Shown here in pieces: positions 47,405 to 56,815 of a stretch of 64,000 nt of DNA. Source of the DNA: an uncultured virus (IMG/VR IMGVR_UViG_3300009507_000015) (taxonomy: Duplodnaviria > Heunggongvirae > Uroviricota > Caudoviricetes); IMG/VR virus record IMGVR_UViG_3300009507_000015; one strand, 5' to 3'. The position numbers and the translations under genes are program-made. Positions within the stretch are counted from its first letter, which is position 1. The number at the start of each line of letters is the position of its first letter. Under the pieces are notes generated by a model, which saw nothing but the letters and a program-made list of their open reading frames with translations, did no database searches and had not been told where the DNA came from.

Positions 47405-48367
47405 ATGCGGAACATACAAAACATTTTACTTACTGAAAAATATCGCCCGAAGGTATTAGAGGATTTAATAACACCTAAAAGAGTAGGTGAGAAGCTAAGT
47501 AAAGGGGTTTATCAACATTTATTGCTACACGGTAGTCCAGGCACCGGGAAAACATCAGCAGCTAAAGTATTAGTTAAACATTTTAAACACCCTTATCTTT
47601 ACATTAATGCGTCCACTGATACTTCAGTTGACATTGTGAGAAATAGAATAACAGATTTCTGTGCTAACCGCTCAATTATGGATGAGCCAGGAAAAATGAA
47701 AGTAATTATACTTGATGAGATTGATGGTGTATCGGATCAATTTTTTAAAGCGCTAAGAGCTACGATGGACCAGTTTGCAACTAATGCAAGGTTTGTAGCA
47801 ACATGTAATTATATTAATAAAGTACCAGATCCAATTCAATCAAGGTTTGAAATGATTGATTTTGATTTTTCTAAAGAAGAAGAAACTGAAATAATGAAAA
47901 GTTACATTATGAGGATTCTTAAAATTTGTAAAGATGAAGGGATTAGTATTGATAAACATGCAGCTGTAGAATTAGTGAAAAGAAAATTTCCAGATTTAAG
48001 AAATATGTTAAATCAATTACAAGGTTTTCAATCACAAGGTAAAGATAAAATTACAGTAGAAGATATTAAACAATTTAGTTCTGTATATAGAGATATTTAT
48101 GATTTGGTTATAGATGGAGAAGATCCTGTAAAGAATTATCAATATATGTTATCTAATTATGCAAATAGGTCTGATGATGTTCTATCTTCTTTAGGAGCAG
48201 AATTTATAGATTTTATTCAACAAGAAAGAGAATCATATATTCAATTCATACCACAAGTAATTATAACAGTTGCTAAATATCAATCTCAAAGACAACAGGT
48301 AATTGATCCTGCAGTATCAATGCTTGCTTGTATTTATGAACTGCAATCAATATTAAATGGAGTATGA
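47405..48367 (+). CDS. gp44: Clamp loader AAA+ subunit
   Basis: EKYRP, GSPGTGKT, LDEID, TCN, IQSRF, PDLR. Confidence 0.92.
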   Translation: MRNIQNILLTEKYRPKVLEDLITPKRVGEKLSKGVYQHLLLHGSPGTGKTSAAKVLVKHFKHPYLYINASTDTSVDIVRNRITDFCANRSIMDEPGKMKVIILDEIDGVSDQFFKALRATMDQFATNARFVATCNYINKVPDPIQSRFEMIDFDFSKEEETEIMKSYIMRILKICKDEGISIDKHAAVELVKRKFPDLRNMLNQLQGFQSQGKDKITVEDIKQFSSVYRDIYDLVIDGEDPVKNYQYMLSNYANRSDDVLSSLGAEFIDFIQQERESYIQFIPQVIITVAKYQSQRQQVIDPAVSMLACIYELQSILNGV

Positions 48368-48519
48368 GAGCACAATTCTTAGAAGCACTAATAAAACGAT
48401 TTCCTAATTATATGGAATTAGGAGCAGCAGTTAGAAGATATTACGATTTAAGACAATCTAAATTACCTAAAGAGGAATGTGAAGAAATTGTTTTAAAATC
48501 TTCTTTCAGTAATAACTAA
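48364..48519 (+). CDS. 51-aa hypothetical protein (not in ORF track)
   Basis: MRAQFLEALIKRFPNYMELGAAVRR...; ATGA overlap with gp44. Confidence 0.6.
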   Translation: MRAQFLEALIKRFPNYMELGAAVRRYYDLRQSKLPKEECEEIVLKSSFSNN

Positions 48520-48550
48520 AATTTGTTATATTTATATTAAATACAATAAT

Positions 48551-49786
48551 ATGAGAAAAACAGGAAGGCATACGTTCGTAATAGACGGTAATTATTTTCT
48601 TTTTAGAACATTATATGTTTTACCTAGAAAATCAAAAAAGACAGAAATGCTTGGCACTGATGAAGATGCAACTGTCTTTATGAGAAAGCTTGCAACAGAT
48701 TTTGCTTATCAAATTAGATTATTCGAAGGTCTGATTGATAAAGTTGTATGGACTATTGATTCAAGATCATGGAGAAAGGATTTTTATCCAGAAGCAGAAT
48801 ATAAAGGTAATCGTAAACAAGACAGTTCAATTAACTGGGCAAACTTTTCAAAGGTTACAGAAGAATTTACACAATTACTTATTAAGCAAGGAGTTATTTA
48901 TTCCAAAGTAAATGGTGCAGAAGGCGATGATCTAATGTATGCATGGAATACAGAATCATTAGCAAATGATAAATCTGTTATTATGTTTACTGGTGATAAA
49001 GACTTAGTTCAATTAGTAAATAAAAGTAAAAATAATAATACCCATACAATATTATTTTCACCAGCTCATAAAAAATTATATACTTATCAAGGTTTTTCTG
49101 AATGGTTAACTACCGAGGAAAAAGAAACAACAACAGATTTATTTGATGTACTGAAAGAATCATCAACACCAGAATCACAATCTAAAAAACTACTTTCATC
49201 TATTATATCCAAAAAGAAAGTTTCAGTTGTAGAAGTAGACCCTGAGGATTTCCGTTTCCGAAAGGTTCTGACTGGTGATTCTGGTGATAATGTACCACCT
49301 GCATATTGGCATATATCAGCACCTAAAAATGGTAAACCTAGAAGGTATGGTATTAGTGAAGCAAAAGCATCTGCTATCATTCAAGAATTTAAGGATAAGC
49401 ATGGTTCATTATCTCATATGTATTTATATGATGAAGGTTATATTACTGATTTAGCTAATATTCTTATTAGGCATATGAAAGCTAAACATATGAGCAGAGA
49501 GCAAATTATATCAAACTTAAAATCCAATGTTAATCTAATGGTTTTGAGTTCTCATACAATACCAGAAGGTATTTTAGATGAAATGTTTCAATCCGTTGAG
49601 TCTCAAATAAATATTAATGAATTAGTACTACCTAATGTATCTACTATGAAAAAAATAGTTGAAGGAACTAAATATGATGGAGATGATAATTCTGCATTTA
49701 AAGCTAGTTTCTTTAAAGGAGATAATGATGATTCTGATGATATGTCATTTATAACTAATAAAACAACAAAAGGAAAGATATTCTAA
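48551..49786 (+). CDS. rnh: 5'-3' exonuclease / T4 RNase H-like (FEN family)
   Basis: IDGN, SWRK...YKGNR, EGDD, GDKDLVQL, GDSGDNVP. Confidence 0.88.
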   Translation: MRKTGRHTFVIDGNYFLFRTLYVLPRKSKKTEMLGTDEDATVFMRKLATDFAYQIRLFEGLIDKVVWTIDSRSWRKDFYPEAEYKGNRKQDSSINWANFSKVTEEFTQLLIKQGVIYSKVNGAEGDDLMYAWNTESLANDKSVIMFTGDKDLVQLVNKSKNNNTHTILFSPAHKKLYTYQGFSEWLTTEEKETTTDLFDVLKESSTPESQSKKLLSSIISKKKVSVVEVDPEDFRFRKVLTGDSGDNVPPAYWHISAPKNGKPRRYGISEAKASAIIQEFKDKHGSLSHMYLYDEGYITDLANILIRHMKAKHMSREQIISNLKSNVNLMVLSSHTIPEGILDEMFQSVESQININELVLPNVSTMKKIVEGTKYDGDDNSAFKASFFKGDNDDSDDMSFITNKTTKGKIF

Positions 49787-49787
49787 T

Positions 49788-50684
49788 ATGATAATAAAAT
49801 ATAAAATACTTTTATGTTTACTTACTCACCACAGGATTGATAAGTTAAAAAGATTAGTAAAATCTGTTGAAAGTCTTTACCCCGATCCGTCAATTGAAAT
49901 AGAACCAGTAATTGTAGTAAATACTTTAAATGACGAACATTGGGAAGCGGTACTAAAAGAAAAGTTTCCCTTTAAAGTTGTTAGAACTGAAAGCAACGGA
50001 AAGCCTGGTAAGGGTAAAAATTCATGCAGAGATTTATTTTTAAACAGTGATGCAGATTTTGTTTCTCAATTAGACGGTGATGATTGGTTATATCCTACAT
50101 TTGCTAAATCAATAGCTCAACATATTTTACACTATCCTAATTTAGATGTATTAGGGTTGCACCCATTAGATGTAGTTGATCATTTACAAAGAGGAGGTCA
50201 CCATTTCCAAGTAGGAGATAAAAATCAATACTGGGGATGTGTATGGGGTTTATCATTATGTAAAAGGCCTGATTATGGTCCAGGTGAAGCTCATTGGGTA
50301 AATCATGAACATCCTGTAAATTTTGATAGAGTATTATTACAAAGTAAAACATCAGCAGTTGAAAGAATGGATGAAGATATACCAAATGGGGAAGATCATT
50401 TATATTCTATTCAGTTACTTAAGTTGCACCAAGAAAGAAAGATTAGATATTTTATAACAATGTCAAGTGACTTATATATAAGTGATGGAACTTTGGATGA
50501 TAATATACAAAAACAACATCCATTTGCTCCACACGTACAAACTATGAAAGATGCAATGCTTAAATTAGTTAAACCATATAGATCCAGCCAAGAAGAGCTA
50601 CCTGTAATCTTTAATGATCTTTTAATCACTCATGAAGAAAAGGCTGTTTATATTGCAGAAAGTTTTGTTTGGGATAAACTTTAA
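49788..50684 (+). CDS. GT-A (GT2-like) glycosyltransferase
   Basis: SNGKPGKGKN, QLDGDDW, GED. Confidence 0.75.
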   Translation: MIIKYKILLCLLTHHRIDKLKRLVKSVESLYPDPSIEIEPVIVVNTLNDEHWEAVLKEKFPFKVVRTESNGKPGKGKNSCRDLFLNSDADFVSQLDGDDWLYPTFAKSIAQHILHYPNLDVLGLHPLDVVDHLQRGGHHFQVGDKNQYWGCVWGLSLCKRPDYGPGEAHWVNHEHPVNFDRVLLQSKTSAVERMDEDIPNGEDHLYSIQLLKLHQERKIRYFITMSSDLYISDGTLDDNIQKQHPFAPHVQTMKDAMLKLVKPYRSSQEELPVIFNDLLITHEEKAVYIAESFVWDKL

Positions 50685-50722
50685 ACAAACACAATAACAC
50701 ATCATATAAATAATAAAAGGTA

Positions 50723-51133
50723 ATGAAATTATTTGATTACATAAAGGTCTTGTTTGGTCGAGATCAGCAATGGGATAAATTAAAAGGATATGATAAATCT
50801 AAAAATTCATTTATGACAAATAGATTTATGAGTATTAAATTTCCTATACAAGCAAATATGTTTAATGCACTGAAGATTGATCCAGTAGGACAAGCAGAAG
50901 CATGGAGAATGGTTGCATCAAAATTTAATAGAGTACCTGGATTTATTTATACTAAAACCAAAGCCTCTAAGAAAATAAAAAAATGGGATCCTAATCCTGC
51001 TGCTTTAGAAATGTATCTAAAGATTAATGAAATAGGTGAACGTGATTTTAAAGAAGCAATGAAACACATGCCATCTGAAATTAAAAATGCAATAAACGTA
51101 TTAGAAAAACAGATGAGTAATGATGTTAGTTGA
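50723..51133 (+). CDS. gp62: Clamp loader small subunit (gp62-like)
   Basis: LFDYI...FMTNRFMS...AN pattern; size. Confidence 0.6.
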   Translation: MKLFDYIKVLFGRDQQWDKLKGYDKSKNSFMTNRFMSIKFPIQANMFNALKIDPVGQAEAWRMVASKFNRVPGFIYTKTKASKKIKKWDPNPAALEMYLKINEIGERDFKEAMKHMPSEIKNAINVLEKQMSNDVS

Positions 51134-51788
51134 TAATAGATTTGAATTAGAAATACCAACCCATATTGCATTTACTTTATATAAGAATGATTATGTTGAT
51201 AACTTAATTATTTCTAAAGTAAAAAAGGAGTGCAAAAACAAATCTAAAAAAGATAATGAATTTATAGTATCTTTAGATGGTTTTAGAAATGCAATTACAA
51301 AATCCACATTCTTAAGAGCAGAGTTAAAGAAAACTTTAGACCAGGACATGTTGCCTAATCCTAACTTTAAACCTAACTCTATTTTCTTTTTGCAATCCAT
51401 AATTAATAGATTACCTAATTTAGATACTATAACATTTAAGATATCAGATGAAAAAGTATTTTCAAGATTAGTAAAGGTTGATGGTGGTAGAGAAATAGTA
51501 AGTTTTCATTTTAATATAATTGAAGGAACTTTTGATCTTACTCAGATTTTAGATAGAGAACAGTTAGATACTTTTAATAAAAGATTTATGGATGTAGGTA
51601 TTATGAAAAATAAATACTTAGAAAGAATTCCATATTTTTATATTAAAGCCCAAACTTTATTTGATATACTTTCAGAAATGGATGAAGCTCAAGTTTTAGA
51701 TGCCTTTGAAATTATAACTTCAGTAGATCCAAAGATAGAGGAGGATGATCCGGTGCTTTTGGTTAAGACTGACTATACACCGTATTAG
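51120..51788 (+). CDS. Hypothetical protein
   Basis: ORF track. Confidence 0.65.
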   Translation: MMLVDNRFELEIPTHIAFTLYKNDYVDNLIISKVKKECKNKSKKDNEFIVSLDGFRNAITKSTFLRAELKKTLDQDMLPNPNFKPNSIFFLQSIINRLPNLDTITFKISDEKVFSRLVKVDGGREIVSFHFNIIEGTFDLTQILDREQLDTFNKRFMDVGIMKNKYLERIPYFYIKAQTLFDILSEMDEAQVLDAFEIITSVDPKIEEDDPVLLVKTDYTPY

Positions 51789-51820
51789 AACATGAATATA
51801 TAAACAAAATATGTTTGTAT

Positions 51821-52081
51821 ATGAAAAAGATAATTAATTGGGTAAGCGGCCTTTTACGAGATGAAAAAGGTACACCGTCTTCAAAAAGATTTATTGGTAT
51901 TACAGCAGGTTTATCCTTATGCGGAGCATTATTTATTAATCTTTACACCGAACACCCCGTTGAACCTACTCTTGTTAATGCAGTAGCGGCAATATGTATC
52001 GGTGGTTTAGGCTTAGCTTCTGCTGATAAGATTTTTGGTAAGAAAAAACCTATTGGAGAAGACCAACAAATAAATTCATAA
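51821..52081 (+). CDS. Two-TM membrane protein, holin-like
   Basis: SSKRF followed by two hydrophobic helices and a basic tail; late-type promoter. Confidence 0.55.
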   Translation: MKKIINWVSGLLRDEKGTPSSKRFIGITAGLSLCGALFINLYTEHPVEPTLVNAVAAICIGGLGLASADKIFGKKKPIGEDQQINS

Positions 52082-52082
52082 A

Positions 52083-54068
52083 ATGGCAGTAACTGGATCA
52101 AGTACAAATGCTAATGGCGATCAGTTATTAGTTAGTCTTAAAACACCTTATGAAAATGTAGTAGAAGTTCTTGGCTTTACAGATTCTATTACAGGTGAAA
52201 CTACCGCTTGTTATTATAACAAAGATTTTAGGTGGGGTATTGATGGTGTACAGTATTCAGATTGGGTTACACTTAGTGATTCTAATTTAGAAGCATTGGT
52301 GTTAAATCCTGCAAATAAATTTTGGATTCAATATAGATATACACAAGTTGGTGATTGTACATTAACTTTTAATTCAATCGCATTAGAGATTGTATATGAT
52401 GGTGGAGTAATATGCAAAATACCACAAATAGATTGCGGAGGTGTTGATGGATGCTCAGGTGCATTAAATTTAGCATTTGATTGTTGCGGTGATACATGGA
52501 ATCCTTATGATATATCTAGAGCTGGCCAAATGTACACCCAATTATCTGCAATGGCAAGTAACTTATTTGGATTTTGTGTTGACTATTATAAAACAAAAGC
52601 AGACCAAAGAAGTAGAGATGTTATCCTAAAAGAATATTCTCTATTTGATGTTATTAAGGAAGGTGAAGTTAAAATCATGATTCCTGATAATGAATTACCT
52701 ACTAGAGATATAAACTTTAATCCATTAATGATGGATTTTCCAGTTCAATTTGAAATTCATATTGTAAAATCTGCGTTTGAAGCAGTCTTTGGTATTGGTT
52801 CTAAACCTCAAATGAGGGACTATTTATATTTTAAACAATTTATGAATAGAATGTATGAGGTTGATGCAATTGCAGAGGCTGATGATTTTATGTATACTGG
52901 ATCTTATTGGAGAGTAAGCCTAGTTACATATCAGCAAAGAACTAATGTTGGTTTTGAGGATACTGCATTAGGTGATGCTGCTGAAGTTTCAACTAAGGCA
53001 TTAGTTTCAAATGTAGAAGATAAATTTAGAGTTGAAAGAGAAAATGAATTCAAGGATGTTAGAAAACCTAATGAATATAATACTATAGGTAGCCAATCAA
53101 ATGATTATGTAAGAAGATCTCTAAATAAAAAGATGACTATTACAGAGGAGAATGTTTACAATCAATGGACAATCATTTCTAAATATCATTATGCGCTAGG
53201 AACATTAGCTAAAGATACAATAGGAGTAAAATATAGATATACGGGTGGATGGACTGATACTGATAATAGAGCATTTACATTTTGGTTTAGACCTCAATAT
53301 AAAAAGCCTATAGGTAAAAATGTTTTAATAACACAGATAAGCAATAATGCAGGATTTCCTATGATTACTACACCAGGATTACCAATAGGTGGTACTGAAG
53401 GAATTGTAGCAGGTGATTGGATAGCTATTAGAGGAACTACTTCATATAATGGAATTCAATTAGTTAAATCTGTAGATGTGGCAACTAAAACTTTGACATT
53501 AGATACGCCATATATTGATAGTACTATTACTAACACTGCCAAATTAAATAAAGAAGTAAGTAATACATTTATTCAATATGATGATTATGAAAGAAGAACT
53601 CCTGTAACATCTCATGTTCAATTTACATATACTACAAATTGGTTTATAATTAAATTAAATGATGTTTATTATAAATATGATTTGTCTAAATCTACTGTTA
53701 GTTTTTTAAAGGGTGAATGGTATGCTGCTGTTATTAACTTAAATCAATTAGCTAAACAATTATCATTATTTTTATATAATACACCAGAATTAACTGGTGC
53801 TATTAATCCAGATAAAACAGCTGATTTAAATAACATTTATATAAACACACAAACAGTTCCAGCAATAACAGTTCCTGAAGGCTATGCATGGAAATTATTA
53901 GGGTGTGAAAGTGATTTAACCAATATCAGAATATGGAGTGAACCAATAGAGGTAGAATTACAAGAATTAATTTTAAGTCAATATGTAGTAAAAGATTCTC
54001 ACTTAGCTTTATTATTAGATAATGCTTCTCCAGAATTATTATTACCAACAGCTACTAACCCAAGATAA
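52083..54068 (+). CDS. Virion protein with central gp14 (neck)-like domain and extra N- and C-terminal beta domains
   Basis: GFCVDYY...DVILKE...PQMRDYLYF..MNRMYEV resembles T4 gp14. Confidence 0.6.
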   Translation: MAVTGSSTNANGDQLLVSLKTPYENVVEVLGFTDSITGETTACYYNKDFRWGIDGVQYSDWVTLSDSNLEALVLNPANKFWIQYRYTQVGDCTLTFNSIALEIVYDGGVICKIPQIDCGGVDGCSGALNLAFDCCGDTWNPYDISRAGQMYTQLSAMASNLFGFCVDYYKTKADQRSRDVILKEYSLFDVIKEGEVKIMIPDNELPTRDINFNPLMMDFPVQFEIHIVKSAFEAVFGIGSKPQMRDYLYFKQFMNRMYEVDAIAEADDFMYTGSYWRVSLVTYQQRTNVGFEDTALGDAAEVSTKALVSNVEDKFRVERENEFKDVRKPNEYNTIGSQSNDYVRRSLNKKMTITEENVYNQWTIISKYHYALGTLAKDTIGVKYRYTGGWTDTDNRAFTFWFRPQYKKPIGKNVLITQISNNAGFPMITTPGLPIGGTEGIVAGDWIAIRGTTSYNGIQLVKSVDVATKTLTLDTPYIDSTITNTAKLNKEVSNTFIQYDDYERRTPVTSHVQFTYTTNWFIIKLNDVYYKYDLSKSTVSFLKGEWYAAVINLNQLAKQLSLFLYNTPELTGAINPDKTADLNNIYINTQTVPAITVPEGYAWKLLGCESDLTNIRIWSEPIEVELQELILSQYVVKDSHLALLLDNASPELLLPTATNPR

Positions 54069-54099
54069 CTTGGAATATATATTATAAATTTAAGGTATA

Positions 54100-54708
54100 A
54101 TGAAAGAATCATCGAAAGGTAAATTTCGTGATAGTTTAGGAGATTTATTAAATGATCTACCAGATGAGGTAGAAGGTTTAGAAAATAATTCCGAAGAACT
54201 ACAGCCAGTAAAAATAGATAGCGGACAAGGTGCTGCTTTAGTTAAGGCTAAGACAAAGGCTGAAAAGGTAATGAATAGTTTATTAACTTTTTATTTAAGT
54301 GAAGAAATTATTGCAGAGCATGAATACATTAGAGCAAAGGCTCAATTAGATGAATCTGCATTATCTATGTTAATAAGACAAATGCAAAATAGTGAAACTG
54401 CTATTACCTTATTAATGGAAACAATACATGAAGGTGATGTATCACCAAGAATGTTTGAAGTACTTAGTGATTTACAAAGAACTCTTTTGGATATTATTAA
54501 AAGCCAAACCATGTATATGGTAGCTATCGAAGAGAATGCTAAAAAGATATCTCGTGATGTAGATGTTTATCATAGCACAGAAAGTTCAACATCCAATAAA
54601 CAAAGTGGTATTAAATCTAGAGGAACAAAAGATTTAATGAGAGCTTTACAAGATACAATTAAAGAAGAAGATATAGAAGACGTCGATGGAAATGAAAATG
54701 AAGAATGA
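54100..54708 (+). CDS. gp16: Terminase small subunit (gp16-like)
   Basis: SPRMFEVL and GTKDLM resemble gp16 PR..EV and GS..EL; lies upstream of TerL. Confidence 0.65.
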   Translation: MKESSKGKFRDSLGDLLNDLPDEVEGLENNSEELQPVKIDSGQGAALVKAKTKAEKVMNSLLTFYLSEEIIAEHEYIRAKAQLDESALSMLIRQMQNSETAITLLMETIHEGDVSPRMFEVLSDLQRTLLDIIKSQTMYMVAIEENAKKISRDVDVYHSTESSTSNKQSGIKSRGTKDLMRALQDTIKEEDIEDVDGNENEE

Positions 54709-54949
54709 TTATCTGTTAATTCAGGAAATCGAACAACAAGAAACTAAAACAGATTCAGGAATTATAATACCTGTTGAGAAACATAATCGCCAAGCAAAGA
54801 TTATTAATGCTGGTGATGCAGAGTATTTAAAGGCTGGAGATGTTATATTAAAAAATATGGGCAAAGGTACAATGTTAACTTTAAATAATACAGAATTTGA
54901 AGTAATACATATTAACCAAATAATTGCCGTAGTAGAAGATAATGGCTAA
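54692..54949 (+). CDS. groES: GroES-like co-chaperonin
   Basis: ETKTDSGIIIP mobile loop, LKAGDV, IIAVVE. Confidence 0.8.
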   Translation: MKMKNDYLLIQEIEQQETKTDSGIIIPVEKHNRQAKIINAGDAEYLKAGDVILKNMGKGTMLTLNNTEFEVIHINQIIAVVEDNG

Positions 54950-56756
54950 ACCACAAGCAGAATCAGCAGGATTTGAATTTAAGATATCGAAAGGTGCTGA
55001 GTCTTTTGCGTGGACTAGTCATAAAGTTGAGCAATTAATGCTGGCTATTGATGAAGGTTATAAACCAAAGTCTACACCTTTCTATGAAGGTAATCCTAAT
55101 TTAAGAAAAGGTAATATTGTATTTAATTATACTGATGAAGAGATAAGAGAAATTAAAAGGTGTGCAAAAGATATTGTTTATTTTGCTAATACTTATTGCA
55201 CTGTAATGACGGATGAAGGTTTACAGACAATTGAACTAAGGCCTTACCAAGAAAATATGTTAAGGCAATTTCAAGCTGAAAGATTTAATATATGTTTAGC
55301 AAGTAGGCAGGTTGGTAAAACAATATGTTCATCTATTTTTATTGCATGGTATTCGGTATTTAATTTTGATAAAAATTCGCTAATACTTTCAAATAAGGGT
55401 GCTACAACAAGAGAGATTATTGATAAAGGTAAAACTATATTAGAACATTTACCTTTCTTTATCAAGCCCGGTACACTTAAATGGGATGTGTTTAATTCCA
55501 AGTTTGATAATGGTTGTAGAATCATAGGTCAGACAACAACTAAGAAAGCAGCAATTGGTTTTACTATTCATTTATTATTTATGGATGAGTTTGCTCATAT
55601 ACCTGCAAACTTTGTAAATACCTTTTATGAAAATGTTTATCCAACGGTGTCTGCATCTACAAACTCTAAAGTAATAATAACTAGTACACCTAATGGTTTT
55701 AATAAGTTCTATGACATCTATACAGCTGCTGATAAAGGATTAAGTGAATATACGCCATTCCGAGTTGATTGGTGGGATGTACCTGGAAGAGATGACGCAT
55801 GGATGAGACAAGAGGTTGCCAACTTAGGAAGTGATGAAGCATTTAATAGACAGTATGGAAATCAGTTTATAGCAAGCTCTTCATTATTATTAAGTGCAGC
55901 TAGTTTAAAAAAGTTAACACAAGGCCAAATAGAATTTGAACATAAAGAGATACCAGAATTTGATGATGCCGAAATTGATTACTCCGGTTTACTATGGCAA
56001 CCTAATTTTAATTTAGATGAAATAGAAGAAGATTATAATTATTGGGTATTCTCGGTTGATATAGCAGAAGGTACAGGTGGAGACTTTTCAGTTATTAATA
56101 TTTTTCAGATTAAGATGCTAGATGAAAAGGATTGGAAAGGTGTAACCACGCCTGGAAGTTTTGTTGACTTTTTTGGTATTAGTCAAATAGGAAGATTTAG
56201 AAGTAATTCTCATACCATAGAAGAATTTGCAAAAACACTATACATTTTAGCATTTGATTTATTTTACTCAGAAAATGTAAAATTAATTATAGAATGGAAT
56301 ATGTTTGGTGGAGAATTAATAAAAAGAATGGAAACTGTATTTCCACAGAGAAATGAATTTGATGAAGAAAGTGTTGTTAAATTTAAACATAGAGTTGATG
56401 CCAAAACAAAACAATTTGGCCTTAAAGTAAAAAAAGATAATAAACCTATTTTCTGTCAAAACTTTAAAAAATATATTTCTCAAAATAAAATTAGCATTTA
56501 TGATAAAGATACTGTAAAAGAATCATCAACCTTTGGTAAACTCCCAAATGGATCATATGCAGGCCAATTAGGTAATGATGATTTAATTATGACTTGTATA
56601 AATAGTTCTGAGTTCTTTACTACATTAGATTTTTCAGATTTTGTCGAAGAGATTTATGATGAGATAGATCCTTCTATTCAAAATAAGATAGAAGAAATTC
56701 TAGAAAAAGATTCAAAGGGTGGGAATCTAAATTTTGATATCTATGACTTAGTATAA
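54942..56756 (+). CDS. gp17: Terminase large subunit
   Basis: LRPYQ, SRQVGKT, MDEFAH, TSTPNG, VDIAEG, DDL. Confidence 0.95.
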   Translation: MAKPQAESAGFEFKISKGAESFAWTSHKVEQLMLAIDEGYKPKSTPFYEGNPNLRKGNIVFNYTDEEIREIKRCAKDIVYFANTYCTVMTDEGLQTIELRPYQENMLRQFQAERFNICLASRQVGKTICSSIFIAWYSVFNFDKNSLILSNKGATTREIIDKGKTILEHLPFFIKPGTLKWDVFNSKFDNGCRIIGQTTTKKAAIGFTIHLLFMDEFAHIPANFVNTFYENVYPTVSASTNSKVIITSTPNGFNKFYDIYTAADKGLSEYTPFRVDWWDVPGRDDAWMRQEVANLGSDEAFNRQYGNQFIASSSLLLSAASLKKLTQGQIEFEHKEIPEFDDAEIDYSGLLWQPNFNLDEIEEDYNYWVFSVDIAEGTGGDFSVINIFQIKMLDEKDWKGVTTPGSFVDFFGISQIGRFRSNSHTIEEFAKTLYILAFDLFYSENVKLIIEWNMFGGELIKRMETVFPQRNEFDEESVVKFKHRVDAKTKQFGLKVKKDNKPIFCQNFKKYISQNKISIYDKDTVKESSTFGKLPNGSYAGQLGNDDLIMTCINSSEFFTTLDFSDFVEEIYDEIDPSIQNKIEEILEKDSKGGNLNFDIYDLV

Positions 56757-56815
56757 AAAGTAGTTACTTGGTAGATATATAAAAAAACAAATAAACAAAA
56801 AAAATATATTATAAG

